A DNA stretch of 63,992 nucleotides, the filler included, from a bacterium (lineage in GTDB: Bacteria > JBBIVP01): the NCBI GenBank assembly GCA_037439705.1. It is 8 parts of 8 records of this genome, joined end to end, with 100 filler letters (N's around TTAATTAATTAA, not from the genome) between each part and the next. Parts side by side here need not be neighbours in the genome. Positions count along the whole stretch, not along the records: positions 8,550 to 16,835 come from JBBIVP010000091.1; positions 16,936 to 25,175 come from JBBIVP010000092.1; 6 more parts are not named here. One strand, 5' to 3'. Shown here in pieces: positions 11,129-21,404 of this stretch. The position numbers and the translations under genes were made by a program. A model generated the notes under the pieces. It saw only the letters and a list, made by a program, of their open reading frames with translations, was not told the origin of the DNA and did no database searches. Each line of letters opens with the position of its first letter. The stretch's first letter is position 1.

Positions 11129-12059
11129 GGAGCATCTGAGAAAAATAATTTGTGAGTTAAAAAAGGGAGAGCGGGTGAGTGGTGAATTTCTGGCAAGACA
11201 GCTTTCCATTTCAAGGACACAGGTATGGAAGTATATAAACAAACTGAAAGAACTCGGCTATTCCATACAGGGCGTGAATAAAGGAGGGTATCTTTTAATT
11301 TCTTTTCCGGATATTCCCTATCCCTGGGAGATGAAACCCTGCGGAAGGTTCAAAAATTTTATCTATTTTAAAACCATTGATTCTACAAACAATTATCTGT
11401 TTTCGCTTGCAAAAGATGGTGCTGAAGAAGGGACAGTGGTGATTGCCAATACTCAAACTGCAGGAAGGGGAAGATATGGAAGGAAGTGGTTTTCATATAA
11501 AGGAAACATATTCATTTCCCTTCTTTTAAGACCTTTGTGTCCTACTGAAAATGGTGGACTTATCACCATTTTGAGTGGAGTTGCATGCGCCATGGCTATT
11601 GAAAAATCTGGAGTGAATGTAAGCCTCAAGTGGCCGAATGACTTACTGATATCCTCAAAAAAGGTTGGAGGAATACTCTGTGAATCCTCAATTGAAAACG
11701 GAATTATTTCGTTCATAGTTGTAGGAATTGGAATAAATTTTTATCTTCCTAAAAAGAAAAACGAACTCATTAAAAATGCTACTTCCCTATCCGAGCACGG
11801 ATTCAAGGAGAGAAAGGTTCATCTCCTTCAAAAAATAATAGAAGAATTTGAAATCCTTTATGAAAAGTTTTTGGTGGGGGAAAATGATTTCATAATTCAG
11901 GAATATAGAAAGAGAACCATCCCCTATGGAGAAGTAATATCTGTCAAATCAGGTGAAAGGATAATCAGCGGAAGGTTTGCGGGCATAGACAATGACGGGT
12001 CTTTATTGATTATGAACGGAGAAAGGGTTAATAGAATATATACAGGAGAGGTGCTTTAA
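11115..12059 (+). CDS. birA: Bifunctional biotin repressor / biotin-protein ligase
   Basis: N-terminal HTH (SGEFLARQLSISRTQVWKYI), DSTN, QTAGRGR, KWPND, KKVGGIL. Confidence 0.95.
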   Translation: MKRSEEHLRKIICELKKGERVSGEFLARQLSISRTQVWKYINKLKELGYSIQGVNKGGYLLISFPDIPYPWEMKPCGRFKNFIYFKTIDSTNNYLFSLAKDGAEEGTVVIANTQTAGRGRYGRKWFSYKGNIFISLLLRPLCPTENGGLITILSGVACAMAIEKSGVNVSLKWPNDLLISSKKVGGILCESSIENGIISFIVVGIGINFYLPKKKNELIKNATSLSEHGFKERKVHLLQKIIEEFEILYEKFLVGENDFIIQEYRKRTIPYGEVISVKSGERIISGRFAGIDNDGSLLIMNGERVNRIYTGEVL

Positions 12060-12826
12060 TGAACCTCCTTGCCATTGACATAGGTAATACAAATATCACC
12101 CTCGGACTTTTTGAAGGGGAAGAACTGAAAAGGACGTGGAGGCTTGCTACAGAAAGTCACAGGACATCTGATGAGTACGGACTTCTCATTCTGAACCTCT
12201 TAAATCAGTTTGGTGAAAAGAAAATTGATGGAGCATGTATGAGCTGTGTCGTTCCACCTCTTCAGCCCCTTTTTGAAGAAACACTGAAGAATTTCTTCGG
12301 TTTAAATCCGGTAATTCTCGGTCCCGGGATAAAAACAGGTATAGCAGTAATGTATGAAAACCCAAAAGAAGTGGGAGCTGATAGAATAGCCAATGCCGTA
12401 GGGGGGTTTTACAGGTATAAGAGGTCCCTAATAATAGTTGATTTTGGAACAGCCACAACCTTTGATTACATAACCGCAAAAGGCGAATACATAGGCGGAG
12501 CAATAGCACCTGGCATAGGTATTTCTTCTGAGGCACTTTTTCTTAGAACCGCAAAACTTCCAAAGGTTGAATTCCAGGCTCCTTCAAGAGTAATAGGAAG
12601 GAACACCGTTGAAAGCATTCAATCTGGCCTTTTTTATGGATATGTTTCGCTTGTGGATGGAATGATAAAGCTAATAAAAAGTGAGGCAAAAGATAATCCC
12701 CTTGTCATTGCAACAGGCGGATATGCTCCTCTAATAGCTCCAAAAAGCAAGACTATAAAAATTGTTGACCTTCATATAACCCTTTATGGACTAAAATATA
12801 TTTATGAAAAAAATAAAAGTTATTAA
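12059..12826 (+). CDS. coaX: Type III pantothenate kinase
   Basis: DIGNTN, GADR, VDFGTATT, ATGG; birA-coaX synteny. Confidence 0.96.
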   Translation: MNLLAIDIGNTNITLGLFEGEELKRTWRLATESHRTSDEYGLLILNLLNQFGEKKIDGACMSCVVPPLQPLFEETLKNFFGLNPVILGPGIKTGIAVMYENPKEVGADRIANAVGGFYRYKRSLIIVDFGTATTFDYITAKGEYIGGAIAPGIGISSEALFLRTAKLPKVEFQAPSRVIGRNTVESIQSGLFYGYVSLVDGMIKLIKSEAKDNPLVIATGGYAPLIAPKSKTIKIVDLHITLYGLKYIYEKNKSY

Positions 12827-13890
12827 TTTCCCTTTTTTATTTCAGATTTTGCCCATTTAATGATGGCGGATGGAATCTGGTATAAAGGAAGAACTATCTG
12901 AGCAACATTTTTTTCAAGGGCTTCTTTTGGCATGCCGTAAAGGATGGATGTTTCTTCAGACTCTGCAATTGTAATTCCTCCTATATCCTTTATGGCTTTC
13001 ATACCCTCAATTCCATCGTTTCCCATACCTGTAAGGAGTATTCCCATCGCTCTCTCTCCAAAAACTTTTGCTCCGCTTTTGAAAAGAACATCAATAGAAG
13101 GGGCATATTTATCCTCATCGCTTTTTCTTAAAAGCCTCAATCTGAACCTGTTTTCAACTGTGAAAATTTCCATGTGGTACCCACCCGGACATATATAGAC
13201 ATTCCCCTTTTTTATAAGCTCCCTTGACTCTCCTTCTTTGACATTGAAACTTGTATATTTATTGAGCCTTTCAGCAAAGGGTTTCGTAAATCCGTAAGGC
13301 ATGTGTTGTGCAACGAAAATTGCAATATCCAGTTCACTCGGAAGCTGTGAAAAAAGGCGTGTTATCTCTGTAGGACCTCCTGTTGAAGCACCAATCATAA
13401 CTATGCGTGACGGAGGTTTATATTCCTCGGATGGAATTATAAAGGGCTCTTTCGCCTTTGTTTCCAGAGGAATATGATCCCTGAACTTCTTCCTTATATC
13501 TGTGAGGAGTGCCCAGTGGATTTTTTTTATGATATCTTCTTCAACTTCATATATTTTATAAGAAGCCTTCGCTGATGGTTTGGGAATGAAATCAATCGCT
13601 CCCAGTTCCATTGCCTTAAATATATTTTCTGTACCTGTTTTTGAACTGAAAACGAGGATGGGGAGAGGATAAATTTTCATGAGAATCCTTATCACTCCAA
13701 ATCCATCAAGATTCGGCATTTCCAGATCAAGAAGGAGGAGATCCGGATTCAACTGAAGAACCTTTGATACTGCCTCTTCTCCGTTGCTTGCTGTTCCAAC
13801 AATTTCTATTCCATGCTTTGAAAGCATCTTTTTCAGAGCCTGCCTTATAAAGGCAGAATCGTCTGCTATTAATACCCTTTTTTTAATCAT
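12823..13890 (-). CDS. cheB: Chemotaxis response regulator methylesterase
   Basis: Receiver domain (ADDS, LDLEMP) plus GASTGG, QHM and LTGMGNDG triad motifs. Confidence 0.95.
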   Translation of the reverse strand: MIKKRVLIADDSAFIRQALKKMLSKHGIEIVGTASNGEEAVSKVLQLNPDLLLLDLEMPNLDGFGVIRILMKIYPLPILVFSSKTGTENIFKAMELGAIDFIPKPSAKASYKIYEVEEDIIKKIHWALLTDIRKKFRDHIPLETKAKEPFIIPSEEYKPPSRIVMIGASTGGPTEITRLFSQLPSELDIAIFVAQHMPYGFTKPFAERLNKYTSFNVKEGESRELIKKGNVYICPGGYHMEIFTVENRFRLRLLRKSDEDKYAPSIDVLFKSGAKVFGERAMGILLTGMGNDGIEGMKAIKDIGGITIAESEETSILYGMPKEALEKNVAQIVLPLYQIPSAIIKWAKSEIKKGN

Positions 13891-14725
13891 TTTTTAAAGC
13901 CGGCTTCTGATATACGAGGTCATTTTTAAAATGCCTGATCTGGAAAAGTGGAAAGATGTTGATAAGGGATTCAGCATGTCCTAAAAAAAGAAATCCTTCT
14001 TCCCTCAACGCCTTATAAAAGTTTTCAGCTGCCCTTCTTTTTGCTTCCTTATCAAAATATATTAGAACATTTCTGCAAAAAATTATATCAAATTTTTCTG
14101 AAGAAAAATCAGCATCAAGTATATTTTTCTTTGCGAATGTAACCATCTTTTTAATCTCATCTTTTACACAATAAACTCCGTTCCCAGTTCTTTCAAAATA
14201 AAGCATTTTGTATATACTTTTTGTGTTTCTGAAAGAACTCTCACCATATATTCCTTCTCTTGCCCTTTTTATTGCCTCGGGATTAATATCAGTGGCGATT
14301 ATTTTCACATCCCATTTTTCAAGCTCTCCATACTCATTTAAAAGGATGGCGAGAGTATAAGCTTCTTCACCCGTTGAACACCCTGCAGACCATATCTTTA
14401 TCTCCTTTCTTTTCATTTTCTGATTATAAGCCATCACCTCAGGAAGAATTTCAAAAACAAAAGCAGAAAGTTGTTTCTCCTCCCTGAAAAAATAGGTTTC
14501 CTTTGTGAGAACCATGTCAATCAGTTTTTCAAACTCCTCCTCTCCCCTTTTGTCATATTTGAGATACAGATAATAATCCTTTAAACTTTTCAACTTCAAA
14601 TCCTTTGCCCTCGTCAAAATCTTTTTTCCATAAACCTCTCTCATCTCTGAAGGTAGTTCTACTCCCGTTTTTATTCTTATATACTCTATCACTTCTTCGT
14701 ATCCTTCTTTCTCTCTCTCTGCCAT
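13883..14725 (-). CDS. cheR: Chemotaxis methyltransferase
   Basis: ETYFFRE, WSAGCSTGEE.Y, FCRNVLIYF, LGHAESL. Confidence 0.96.
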   Translation of the reverse strand: MAEREKEGYEEVIEYIRIKTGVELPSEMREVYGKKILTRAKDLKLKSLKDYYLYLKYDKRGEEEFEKLIDMVLTKETYFFREEKQLSAFVFEILPEVMAYNQKMKRKEIKIWSAGCSTGEEAYTLAILLNEYGELEKWDVKIIATDINPEAIKRAREGIYGESSFRNTKSIYKMLYFERTGNGVYCVKDEIKKMVTFAKKNILDADFSSEKFDIIFCRNVLIYFDKEAKRRAAENFYKALREEGFLFLGHAESLINIFPLFQIRHFKNDLVYQKPALKND

Positions 14726-14728
14726 ACT

Positions 14729-16621
14729 CTACCCTGTCCCTCCAAAGAGTTTCAAAGCTGCTTCAGAAACCCTTCCGTTTTTAAGTGCTGTATGAAATTT
14801 TTTTTCCAGCCACCTCCTTCCTTTCTTTTGTATTAAAAAAGAAAAAAGTCTTTCAAGAAATTCGCCCGATGGATTTTCAAATCCTGCAAGGAAAACAGAA
14901 GTAGGAAGGTTCATTTCCTTCAACTTTTCAAATGCCTTTTCAGAAACTATGGGGCTTTTATCCTTCAACATGAGGGAAAGATAGTAAAGGCATTCTTTTC
15001 TGGGAAGTAGATGAGAATTCTCAATGGCAAGTACCTTTATCCAGTCATCAGGGTCATTGAATGCAGATTGAAAATAGGAAAGATTATCCTTCACATTCTT
15101 TAAAAGCCCATTATATGCCTCTTTACGAACATAAGGGGCTTCGTCAAATCTCAAAACTTCAAGAAACTTTAAAAATTCTTTTTTCCTCGTTTTTGATAGG
15201 GAAGCTGCAATTTTTTCTCTTATATCCCTGTCAGGGTGGTTTATGAAAAACGAAATTCTATTGATGAGCCAGTTTGGAAATTTTTTTGAATGTGTGGCAA
15301 GCTCTATTGCGATAGAAAAAAAATCCTTCTCAAGTTTTCCACCAAGAGAAGAGAGTTTTTTCAGAGCAATCCCAGGAAATTTCTTGCCTATTTCAATTAG
15401 TGCTTCCCTCAAAAGGGCTCTCGGAAGTTTTTTTGAGAGTTCCTCATATTTTTCTATTATAAAATCAAAGGCGGCCTCTCCCCCGACCTTTTTTATAACC
15501 ATAAGTGAAGCTATGCTTAATTCCGTGTCACTGGCTAAAAGATTTTCAAGACACTCTTCATGACATGAATCAACTTCCAGAACTTCTATAATTCTCATCA
15601 CGAGGATTTTAAGGTCTACTTTTTTTGAGGAATTAAGGAGCAGGGGGAAGGAATCCGATGAGAGAAAGGAAAAGGGAACCGCTTTTTTTTCAACTTCCAT
15701 CTGAATTTCTTCTGTTATTTCAAGCATCTTCTCAAAAAATTCTTTCCTTTCAATGAAACAGAGGAAGTAAAGGAGGAAAAGCCTCTCTTCATCGTTTGAC
15801 CCCTCAAAGGCAACAATTATCTCTTTTATATCAAGACTTTTAGAAGCATTTTTCACATAATTTATTCTTGACCTCTCTTTTGTAGAAAGAATGATTTTAA
15901 CAATAGATTTTATTCCTTCTTTTATGGAAATGGGTTTCTTTGTTTTTTTCAAAACATCAAAAATGTATCTAATAGCAGACCCTTTTTTTGTGGTACCAAG
16001 GTATTTTAGACACACTGGCTCCAGCGATGGTTCTTTTATAAACTCCAAAACAAGTTTTGGATTTAAAGAAATTCCTCTATTTCCTAAGGATGTGAGTGCA
16101 TCTATTACTGCATAAATTTCGCCTGTATTTCCTTTCAGATTTTTTAAAAGGCTTTTTTTTGCAGAAAGCGTTCCTATGTTTCCAAGACCTTCTATCGCTG
16201 CAAACCGGATGTTTGGATTATGATGCTTAAGTAGTTTTTCTAAATATGGGGTCGCTGATTCAATTTTTTTTATATTCACAGCCTCTATGAGAAATTTCAA
16301 AATCTCTTCATTCTTTTCTTCCTTCAATTTTTTCAAAACAAATGGAGAAAGGAATTCCATCAATTCAATAAGGATTTCAAAGGATGCATTCCTTCTGTTT
16401 GCATCTTCCTCATCCATCAACCCTTTATATATCTCAGCGAAAGCCTCCTCTTTCTTGATTTTGCCATTTTTTACAGATTCTATTAATTTCTCTTCCGCGA
16501 CCTTTCTCAATCTCCAGCTGTCGCTTTTAAGAAGGTTCCAGAGTTCATCTTTCCTTTCAACAATTAAATCATCTCTAAGGGATGATATTTCAATTATCTT
16601 TTTTTCCTTTGAATCCTCCAC
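14729..16621 (-). CDS. HEAT-repeat protein in a che cluster
   Basis: Repeated LL.D.....VR..A...L patterns (HHNPNIRFAAIEGLG, DPDDWIKVLAI). Confidence 0.8.
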   Translation of the reverse strand: MEDSKEKKIIEISSLRDDLIVERKDELWNLLKSDSWRLRKVAEEKLIESVKNGKIKKEEAFAEIYKGLMDEEDANRRNASFEILIELMEFLSPFVLKKLKEEKNEEILKFLIEAVNIKKIESATPYLEKLLKHHNPNIRFAAIEGLGNIGTLSAKKSLLKNLKGNTGEIYAVIDALTSLGNRGISLNPKLVLEFIKEPSLEPVCLKYLGTTKKGSAIRYIFDVLKKTKKPISIKEGIKSIVKIILSTKERSRINYVKNASKSLDIKEIIVAFEGSNDEERLFLLYFLCFIERKEFFEKMLEITEEIQMEVEKKAVPFSFLSSDSFPLLLNSSKKVDLKILVMRIIEVLEVDSCHEECLENLLASDTELSIASLMVIKKVGGEAAFDFIIEKYEELSKKLPRALLREALIEIGKKFPGIALKKLSSLGGKLEKDFFSIAIELATHSKKFPNWLINRISFFINHPDRDIREKIAASLSKTRKKEFLKFLEVLRFDEAPYVRKEAYNGLLKNVKDNLSYFQSAFNDPDDWIKVLAIENSHLLPRKECLYYLSLMLKDKSPIVSEKAFEKLKEMNLPTSVFLAGFENPSGEFLERLFSFLIQKKGRRWLEKKFHTALKNGRVSEAALKLFGGTG

Positions 16622-16624
16622 TTT

Positions 16625-16835
16625 TTACATCAATCCCATTTCTTTTTTCTTCTTTTCTATGAATTGTTTTATGGTTTCCTCAAGGAAGTTATATTTATTC
16701 CTTATGTGTTCTGGCACCCTTTCCTCATAGAGTTTTCTACCCTCCTGGAGTTCCTTTTCAAGGAGTTTATAAAAATTGCCTTCTCTTATTCCTTTTTCTA
16801 CAAATTGCTTGTTATATAGTTCATTTTCTGAAATT
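16625..16835 (-). CDS. C-terminal fragment of a che-cluster-associated protein
   Basis: Manual translation gives ISENELYNKQFVEKGIREGNFYKLLEKELQEGRKLYEERV...EMGLM*; 5' part lost at the contig end. Confidence 0.65.
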
Positions 16836-16935
16836 NNNNNNNNNNNNNNNNNNNNNNNNNNNNNNNNNNNNNNNNNNNNTTAATTAATTAANNNNNNNNN
16901 NNNNNNNNNNNNNNNNNNNNNNNNNNNNNNNNNNN
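16836..16935. other. Artificial contig linker
   Basis: N-TTAATTAATTAA-N. Confidence 0.97.
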
Positions 16936-17301
16936 GAATGGGTTGAACTGGGGAATTCAGCATCAGGCTGTGGATTGGGTTTTTTAACTCCTTTCTCCAT
17001 ACCTACCATAGTTTTAGACAAAGACGACCTTCCTGCTGTGGCTTTTACGACGCTAAATCTCTCTGTTCTTCCTGAGATTCGTCTTGCTTTATATCTCAAG
17101 AAATGGAATGGAAGCGAATGGGTTGGCGTCGCTGGTTCCTCATCAGGATATGGAATATCAGGTGAAATAGGTGGTGAATATGTGATGCAGGTACCTTCTT
17201 TAACTATTGACCCATTTGGAATATACTGGGTTGAATATACGGTTACATTCAATCCCACACAAAACTGGTCATACGCAATCTATGTAAAGATGGACCCATA
17301 A
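16936..17301 (+). CDS. C-terminal fragment of a probable exported beta-rich protein
   Basis: Open from the contig start; EWVELGNSASG and KWNGSEWVGVAGSSSG repeat-like units. Confidence 0.6.
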   Translation, partial: EWVELGNSASGCGLGFLTPFSIPTIVLDKDDLPAVAFTTLNLSVLPEIRLALYLKKWNGSEWVGVAGSSSGYGISGEIGGEYVMQVPSLTIDPFGIYWVEYTVTFNPTQNWSYAIYVKMDP

Positions 17302-17312
17302 GAGAAAGTTAT

Positions 17313-17341
17313 TTGCCTTTTAGAGAACTCTAATTTAAAAT
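17313..17341 (+). promoter_or_regulatory. Sigma70-type promoter, probably giving a leaderless transcript
   Basis: TTGCCT-17-TAAAAT, 6 nt before GTG 17348, no SD. Confidence 0.5.
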
Positions 17342-17347
17342 TTTTAT

Positions 17348-19006
17348 GTGAATTGGGGAAGGAAAAATATAATTTTTGTAATAGCAATTTTTGTTATAAC
17401 AATTGTTTACTTATGGAGGTATCTTTTTATTTATTGTGTAATAGATGAGGAAAGGGCAGTAGGAGGTTTTTATGAGCCTATAAATGTTTTGAGCATAAAA
17501 ATGGTTAATGGAAATGTAGAGGCATACATTGCCCCAAAAGAGGAGGATTTCTCGTTTAAAAAAATTGGTCCAATTACCCTCATATTCCAGCCCAATTATT
17601 CTTATCACAATTATTTTATTTCAAGAATAAAAATAGGAGATAATGCATATCCAATCCTCTTTTACAATTATACAGGACCCCTTTACATATACATTCCAAG
17701 GATTTTTCTAACTCTTTTTGGAAAAAGCATATATACTGTCCGAAGCCTTTGTTTAATCACTTTTGTTTTATGTATTGTTTTATACCTGAGGTTTTTGAGA
17801 ATCCTTGGCAAAGAAGAAAAGGAGGCATTTCTTCTACTTCTCTTTTTACTCACCCATCCCTTCTTTTCATCAAGGTTCATCTCTTTAACAATGTGGGCAA
17901 ATACAGCTGTATTTATATTTTCTATCTTATTTCTTATAAAGATAAAGAAAATTGAGAATTTCATTCTTCCGAAAGACCTAATTCTTTTTTCCCTCCTTGG
18001 TGGTCTCATCCTTCATTTTCATCTCCTTGCAGGTGGTGCCCTTCTTGCATCAATGGTCATTGCCTTTCTACTCACAAAAAGGGAAACAATTTCTTTCAAA
18101 AGACTGGGATTCTTTTCCATCTTATTTTCCACGCTGATTTTTCTTCTTCTAATTCTCCCCTTTCTAACGGGCATATCCTTTAATGATATAATTTTATTCC
18201 TTTCAAAGGGAAGAAAAATTGGCATTAAAAAAATAATTCTTGCTCCACTTTTGCCATTTGTATTATTTATTGCTTTTACCTTTTTCCCATCCTTTTTCAT
18301 TGATATGCAAGCGAGGGGAAGATTTGATTACATTTATATCCCTTTTTCAAGTTTATCAGGACTTCTTATCTTCCTTTCCATTGTTGAGATTATAAGGAAT
18401 AGAAGGGAAAATAGTTTTCAGAGGTTTGTTTTCATAACAATTCCTCTTTATTTTATTTTTACAATGGCTTCACCCTATCTTCGGCCCCTTCACTTTGATT
18501 GCATATTTATTCTCATTGCTCCTTATATTTTTTCATATTTTATTCGTATTGGTGCTTCAAAGAAATTTATTCATGGGATAGTGATATTGAGCATATTTCT
18601 GAATTTCGTTCAGATAGAGATGTTGAGAAAATCTATATTGAATTCATACTTTTCTTTGAAGCTTCAGAAGGATGTTTTAGAATTTCTTGAAAGAAATGGA
18701 ATAAATGAGGTCTATAACTTTTTTAGCAAGACAGGGTTTGAACTCCTTTCAGGTGGAAGGATAAAAACCATTCATTTTTATCCCTATCTCCTTTCTCCTT
18801 CAGAGGAAAGACTGCTTTTATCACTTCTTTATGCAAGGGGGAAGGTTGTTATGGTAGAGAAGTTTAAAAGAAGGGAATTTAGCACTGGAATAAGCAAGGA
18901 AAAGGTAATGGATTTAGCAGGAAGGTATGGATTGAAGGTGAAGATTATAAAAAATTTTCCATCGGATAATAATCCCATAATCTCACTCATAAAGGTGGAA
19001 TTCTAA
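17348..19006 (+). CDS. Multi-pass membrane protein, GT-C (PMT/ArnT-like) glycosyltransferase candidate, paralog 1
   Basis: TM1 followed by DEER acidic motif; Y.GPL.IY.P...LFGKSIY..R loop; many TMs; shares LHFHLLAGGA and QIEMLR with paralogs 2 and 3. Confidence 0.6.
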   Translation: MNWGRKNIIFVIAIFVITIVYLWRYLFIYCVIDEERAVGGFYEPINVLSIKMVNGNVEAYIAPKEEDFSFKKIGPITLIFQPNYSYHNYFISRIKIGDNAYPILFYNYTGPLYIYIPRIFLTLFGKSIYTVRSLCLITFVLCIVLYLRFLRILGKEEKEAFLLLLFLLTHPFFSSRFISLTMWANTAVFIFSILFLIKIKKIENFILPKDLILFSLLGGLILHFHLLAGGALLASMVIAFLLTKRETISFKRLGFFSILFSTLIFLLLILPFLTGISFNDIILFLSKGRKIGIKKIILAPLLPFVLFIAFTFFPSFFIDMQARGRFDYIYIPFSSLSGLLIFLSIVEIIRNRRENSFQRFVFITIPLYFIFTMASPYLRPLHFDCIFILIAPYIFSYFIRIGASKKFIHGIVILSIFLNFVQIEMLRKSILNSYFSLKLQKDVLEFLERNGINEVYNFFSKTGFELLSGGRIKTIHFYPYLLSPSEERLLLSLLYARGKVVMVEKFKRREFSTGISKEKVMDLAGRYGLKVKIIKNFPSDNNPIISLIKVEF

Positions 19007-19806
19007 TTAAAAGGTTTCTCAAGAATTTTCTCCTTTTTTGAAAGGAATCTGTAGTATGAAATTATGAGAGCAGAAAGGGAAATCAAGAGGGAAGGAATGG
19101 ATATTATCCATACCCTAAAGAGGGCATCCGTATCACCCCTGAAATAGGGAAATTCAAAAGTCTTCATAACCCCAAGGTATAAAAACATCCACATAATCAC
19201 CTCTCCATCAAAGTGCTTTCTTTTGAGAAGGTATAGTGCAGGTGGAATTATTGCCCAAGAGGCAATTGCATGGTATAATTGAACCGGATGGAGCGGAACC
19301 CCAGGATACTTTAATCCAGCAGGGCTTTGAGGATGAAATATAACCCCAAATGGAAGTTCAGTTGGCTTTCCGAAACAGCATCCGAAGACAAAGCAGTGAA
19401 AAAGTTTTACCCATCCAAGGAGAAATGCAAGTAATGGAAGTATGTGGTCATAAAAATCCAGCAATTTTTTTCTGTGATAAATAAGAAGATAAAGGAATGA
19501 ACTGAAAAGAGAGAAGGTCCACATTATCAACATCGTGCCACCCGTGCGTTTTTTAATAATAGAAATGATGAGAAGATATAAGGGGAATGAGATAGAGAAT
19601 CCAATGAGAAAAGAGGCATAAAAGGTTGTTAATGTCCGAATGTCCTTTTTCCACCTATTCCACATAATATAAGTCATCAGAATTGTAATTGGAACCCCTA
19701 TCATATATCCGAAGAATGTATGGCTTTTTATCTCAACGCCGAGGATTCTGAAATGAATGAGTTCCCTCATTACCAAATGAAACCTTGAAAGAACCTCACC
19801 AATCAT
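19003..19806 (-). CDS. Divergent prolipoprotein diacylglyceryl transferase (Lgt)-like protein B
   Basis: GCCFGKPTELPFGVIF...PLHPVQLY and F.GEV...EF..FRGD Lgt-family motifs; canonical HGG and GR motifs not conserved. Confidence 0.72.
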   Translation of the reverse strand: MIGEVLSRFHLVMRELIHFRILGVEIKSHTFFGYMIGVPITILMTYIMWNRWKKDIRTLTTFYASFLIGFSISFPLYLLIISIIKKRTGGTMLIMWTFSLFSSFLYLLIYHRKKLLDFYDHILPLLAFLLGWVKLFHCFVFGCCFGKPTELPFGVIFHPQSPAGLKYPGVPLHPVQLYHAIASWAIIPPALYLLKRKHFDGEVIMWMFLYLGVMKTFEFPYFRGDTDALFRVWIISIPSLLISLSALIISYYRFLSKKEKILEKPFN

Positions 19807-21404
19807 TCTACCCCCACAAGAACAAGTTCATAATTCTGTCTATCAGGAAATTTTTTAAAAACCCTTATCCTCAAACCGCTCTTCATTGCCACATCAATTA
19901 CAGTTTCAAGACTTATTCCTGTAGTAAATCCTGAGATTCTGAATTTTTCAACAAGAATTACCTCACCTTTTGAGACCTGAAGAGCATCAGAAATGGTTTT
20001 GTATGATATTCCCTTTCCGAAGAAAAATGGAGCGAGGTCTATAACCTCAATTTTTTCATCTTCAATGAATATGTAATCATACCTTCCGGCGAAATTATAG
20101 ATTTTTTTTATTCTGTTTTCCGCAAGATACCGGGCAACCTCTTTGTGTAATGATAAAGAAAGGGATGAGTTTTTAATGCTATCCCTCAACATCTCTATCT
20201 GAATTATGTTGAGGAAAATGCCAATTATAAGAACAAATTTTATGGTTTTTTCTGATAAAAATTTTTTTAATCCCTGAGGGATGAATAAAGCGATGAAAGG
20301 AAGTATGTAGTTTATGTGATAGGAGCGGACATCCGCAAAGATGGTGAGGATGAGATAAAAAATGGATGTCAAAAATACAAATTTTTTGAATTTCTCATCT
20401 CTTTCTGGAATCATTCCAACAAAACCGATGGATAGAATCAAACCTGAAACGATGGAGAGCGGAAGATATTTTGTTCCAAATTCCTTTCCCAGAAAAACCT
20501 CAACGAATGAAGGAAAAGCAAAGACTCCAACAATATAATGGATGAGCGCACTAAAAAGAAAAATTTTTGATGGACCTTGACCCCGAATGATGTCTTTGAA
20601 AATTTGAGAAGGAGAGATGAGGAAAAATGGGGATATAAGGATTAGAAAAAGAATAATTCCTCCTGTTATTGAAGGCAATTTAACCCTCAATGATATATTT
20701 CCTTTTGTTATCAAAAATGAAAAAATAATTGATATAAGAACTGCACCGCCTGCGAGAAGATGGAGGTGTAATATAAGACCTGCGATGAGTAATATAATAA
20801 ATGCATCTGAAGAGGAGATAAAAGAATTCTCAATGTTTTTTTTAATTCTCATCACAAGCAGAATCTCCAGGGAAAATATAACTGGATGGCTTATAAATGA
20901 GGTTAAGAGGAATTCAAAGGAGAAAATGGGGAATGTGATTAAAAACATGGCTAAGTAAAGCGTTTTATCTTTCTGAAACTCCTCAACGAATTTTATGTAA
21001 AAAAACAAAAAGAAGAAAAAGATGATTAAGAGGATGGACCTTATAGGATATATGTTTTTTCCGAAAATTTTCATATAAATTCCCGGGATATAAACCTGAA
21101 GAATTGGACCGACATAATTAGCAAATAAAACTACATATTGCTTATTTCCAACCTCTATCTTCATTTTTGGATAAGAATCCTTCTCCGATGAATTTACCAC
21201 TAATTCAAACGGACCAATTCTTTTTGTTTTAAATTCTTCATAAAGGGGAATTAATTTTCCAGAAGGGTCTTTCTTTATATCAACTATCTTTAATGGTTCA
21301 TAGAAATCTCCTGTAGTCCTCTCCTCAGCCATAACTGTTATTAAAAATAGGTATCTCGTAAAAAAAATGACCCCTGCTATAAGAAGAAATAAAATCCTCT
21401 TCAT
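19803..21404 (-). CDS. GT-C-like membrane protein, paralog 2
   Basis: AEERT.G.FYEP, NYVGP, FGKNIY..R, HLHLLAGGA, QIEMLR. Confidence 0.6.
   Translation of the reverse strand: MKRILFLLIAGVIFFTRYLFLITVMAEERTTGDFYEPLKIVDIKKDPSGKLIPLYEEFKTKRIGPFELVVNSSEKDSYPKMKIEVGNKQYVVLFANYVGPILQVYIPGIYMKIFGKNIYPIRSILLIIFFFFLFFYIKFVEEFQKDKTLYLAMFLITFPIFSFEFLLTSFISHPVIFSLEILLVMRIKKNIENSFISSSDAFIILLIAGLILHLHLLAGGAVLISIIFSFLITKGNISLRVKLPSITGGIILFLILISPFFLISPSQIFKDIIRGQGPSKIFLFSALIHYIVGVFAFPSFVEVFLGKEFGTKYLPLSIVSGLILSIGFVGMIPERDEKFKKFVFLTSIFYLILTIFADVRSYHINYILPFIALFIPQGLKKFLSEKTIKFVLIIGIFLNIIQIEMLRDSIKNSSLSLSLHKEVARYLAENRIKKIYNFAGRYDYIFIEDEKIEVIDLAPFFFGKGISYKTISDALQVSKGEVILVEKFRISGFTTGISLETVIDVAMKSGLRIRVFKKFPDRQNYELVLVGVE
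20158..20253. repeat. 96-bp near-identical tract, copy 1 (copy 2 at 21753-21848)
   Basis: Direct comparison shows 2 mismatches in 96 bp between otherwise diverged paralogs. Confidence 0.9.
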
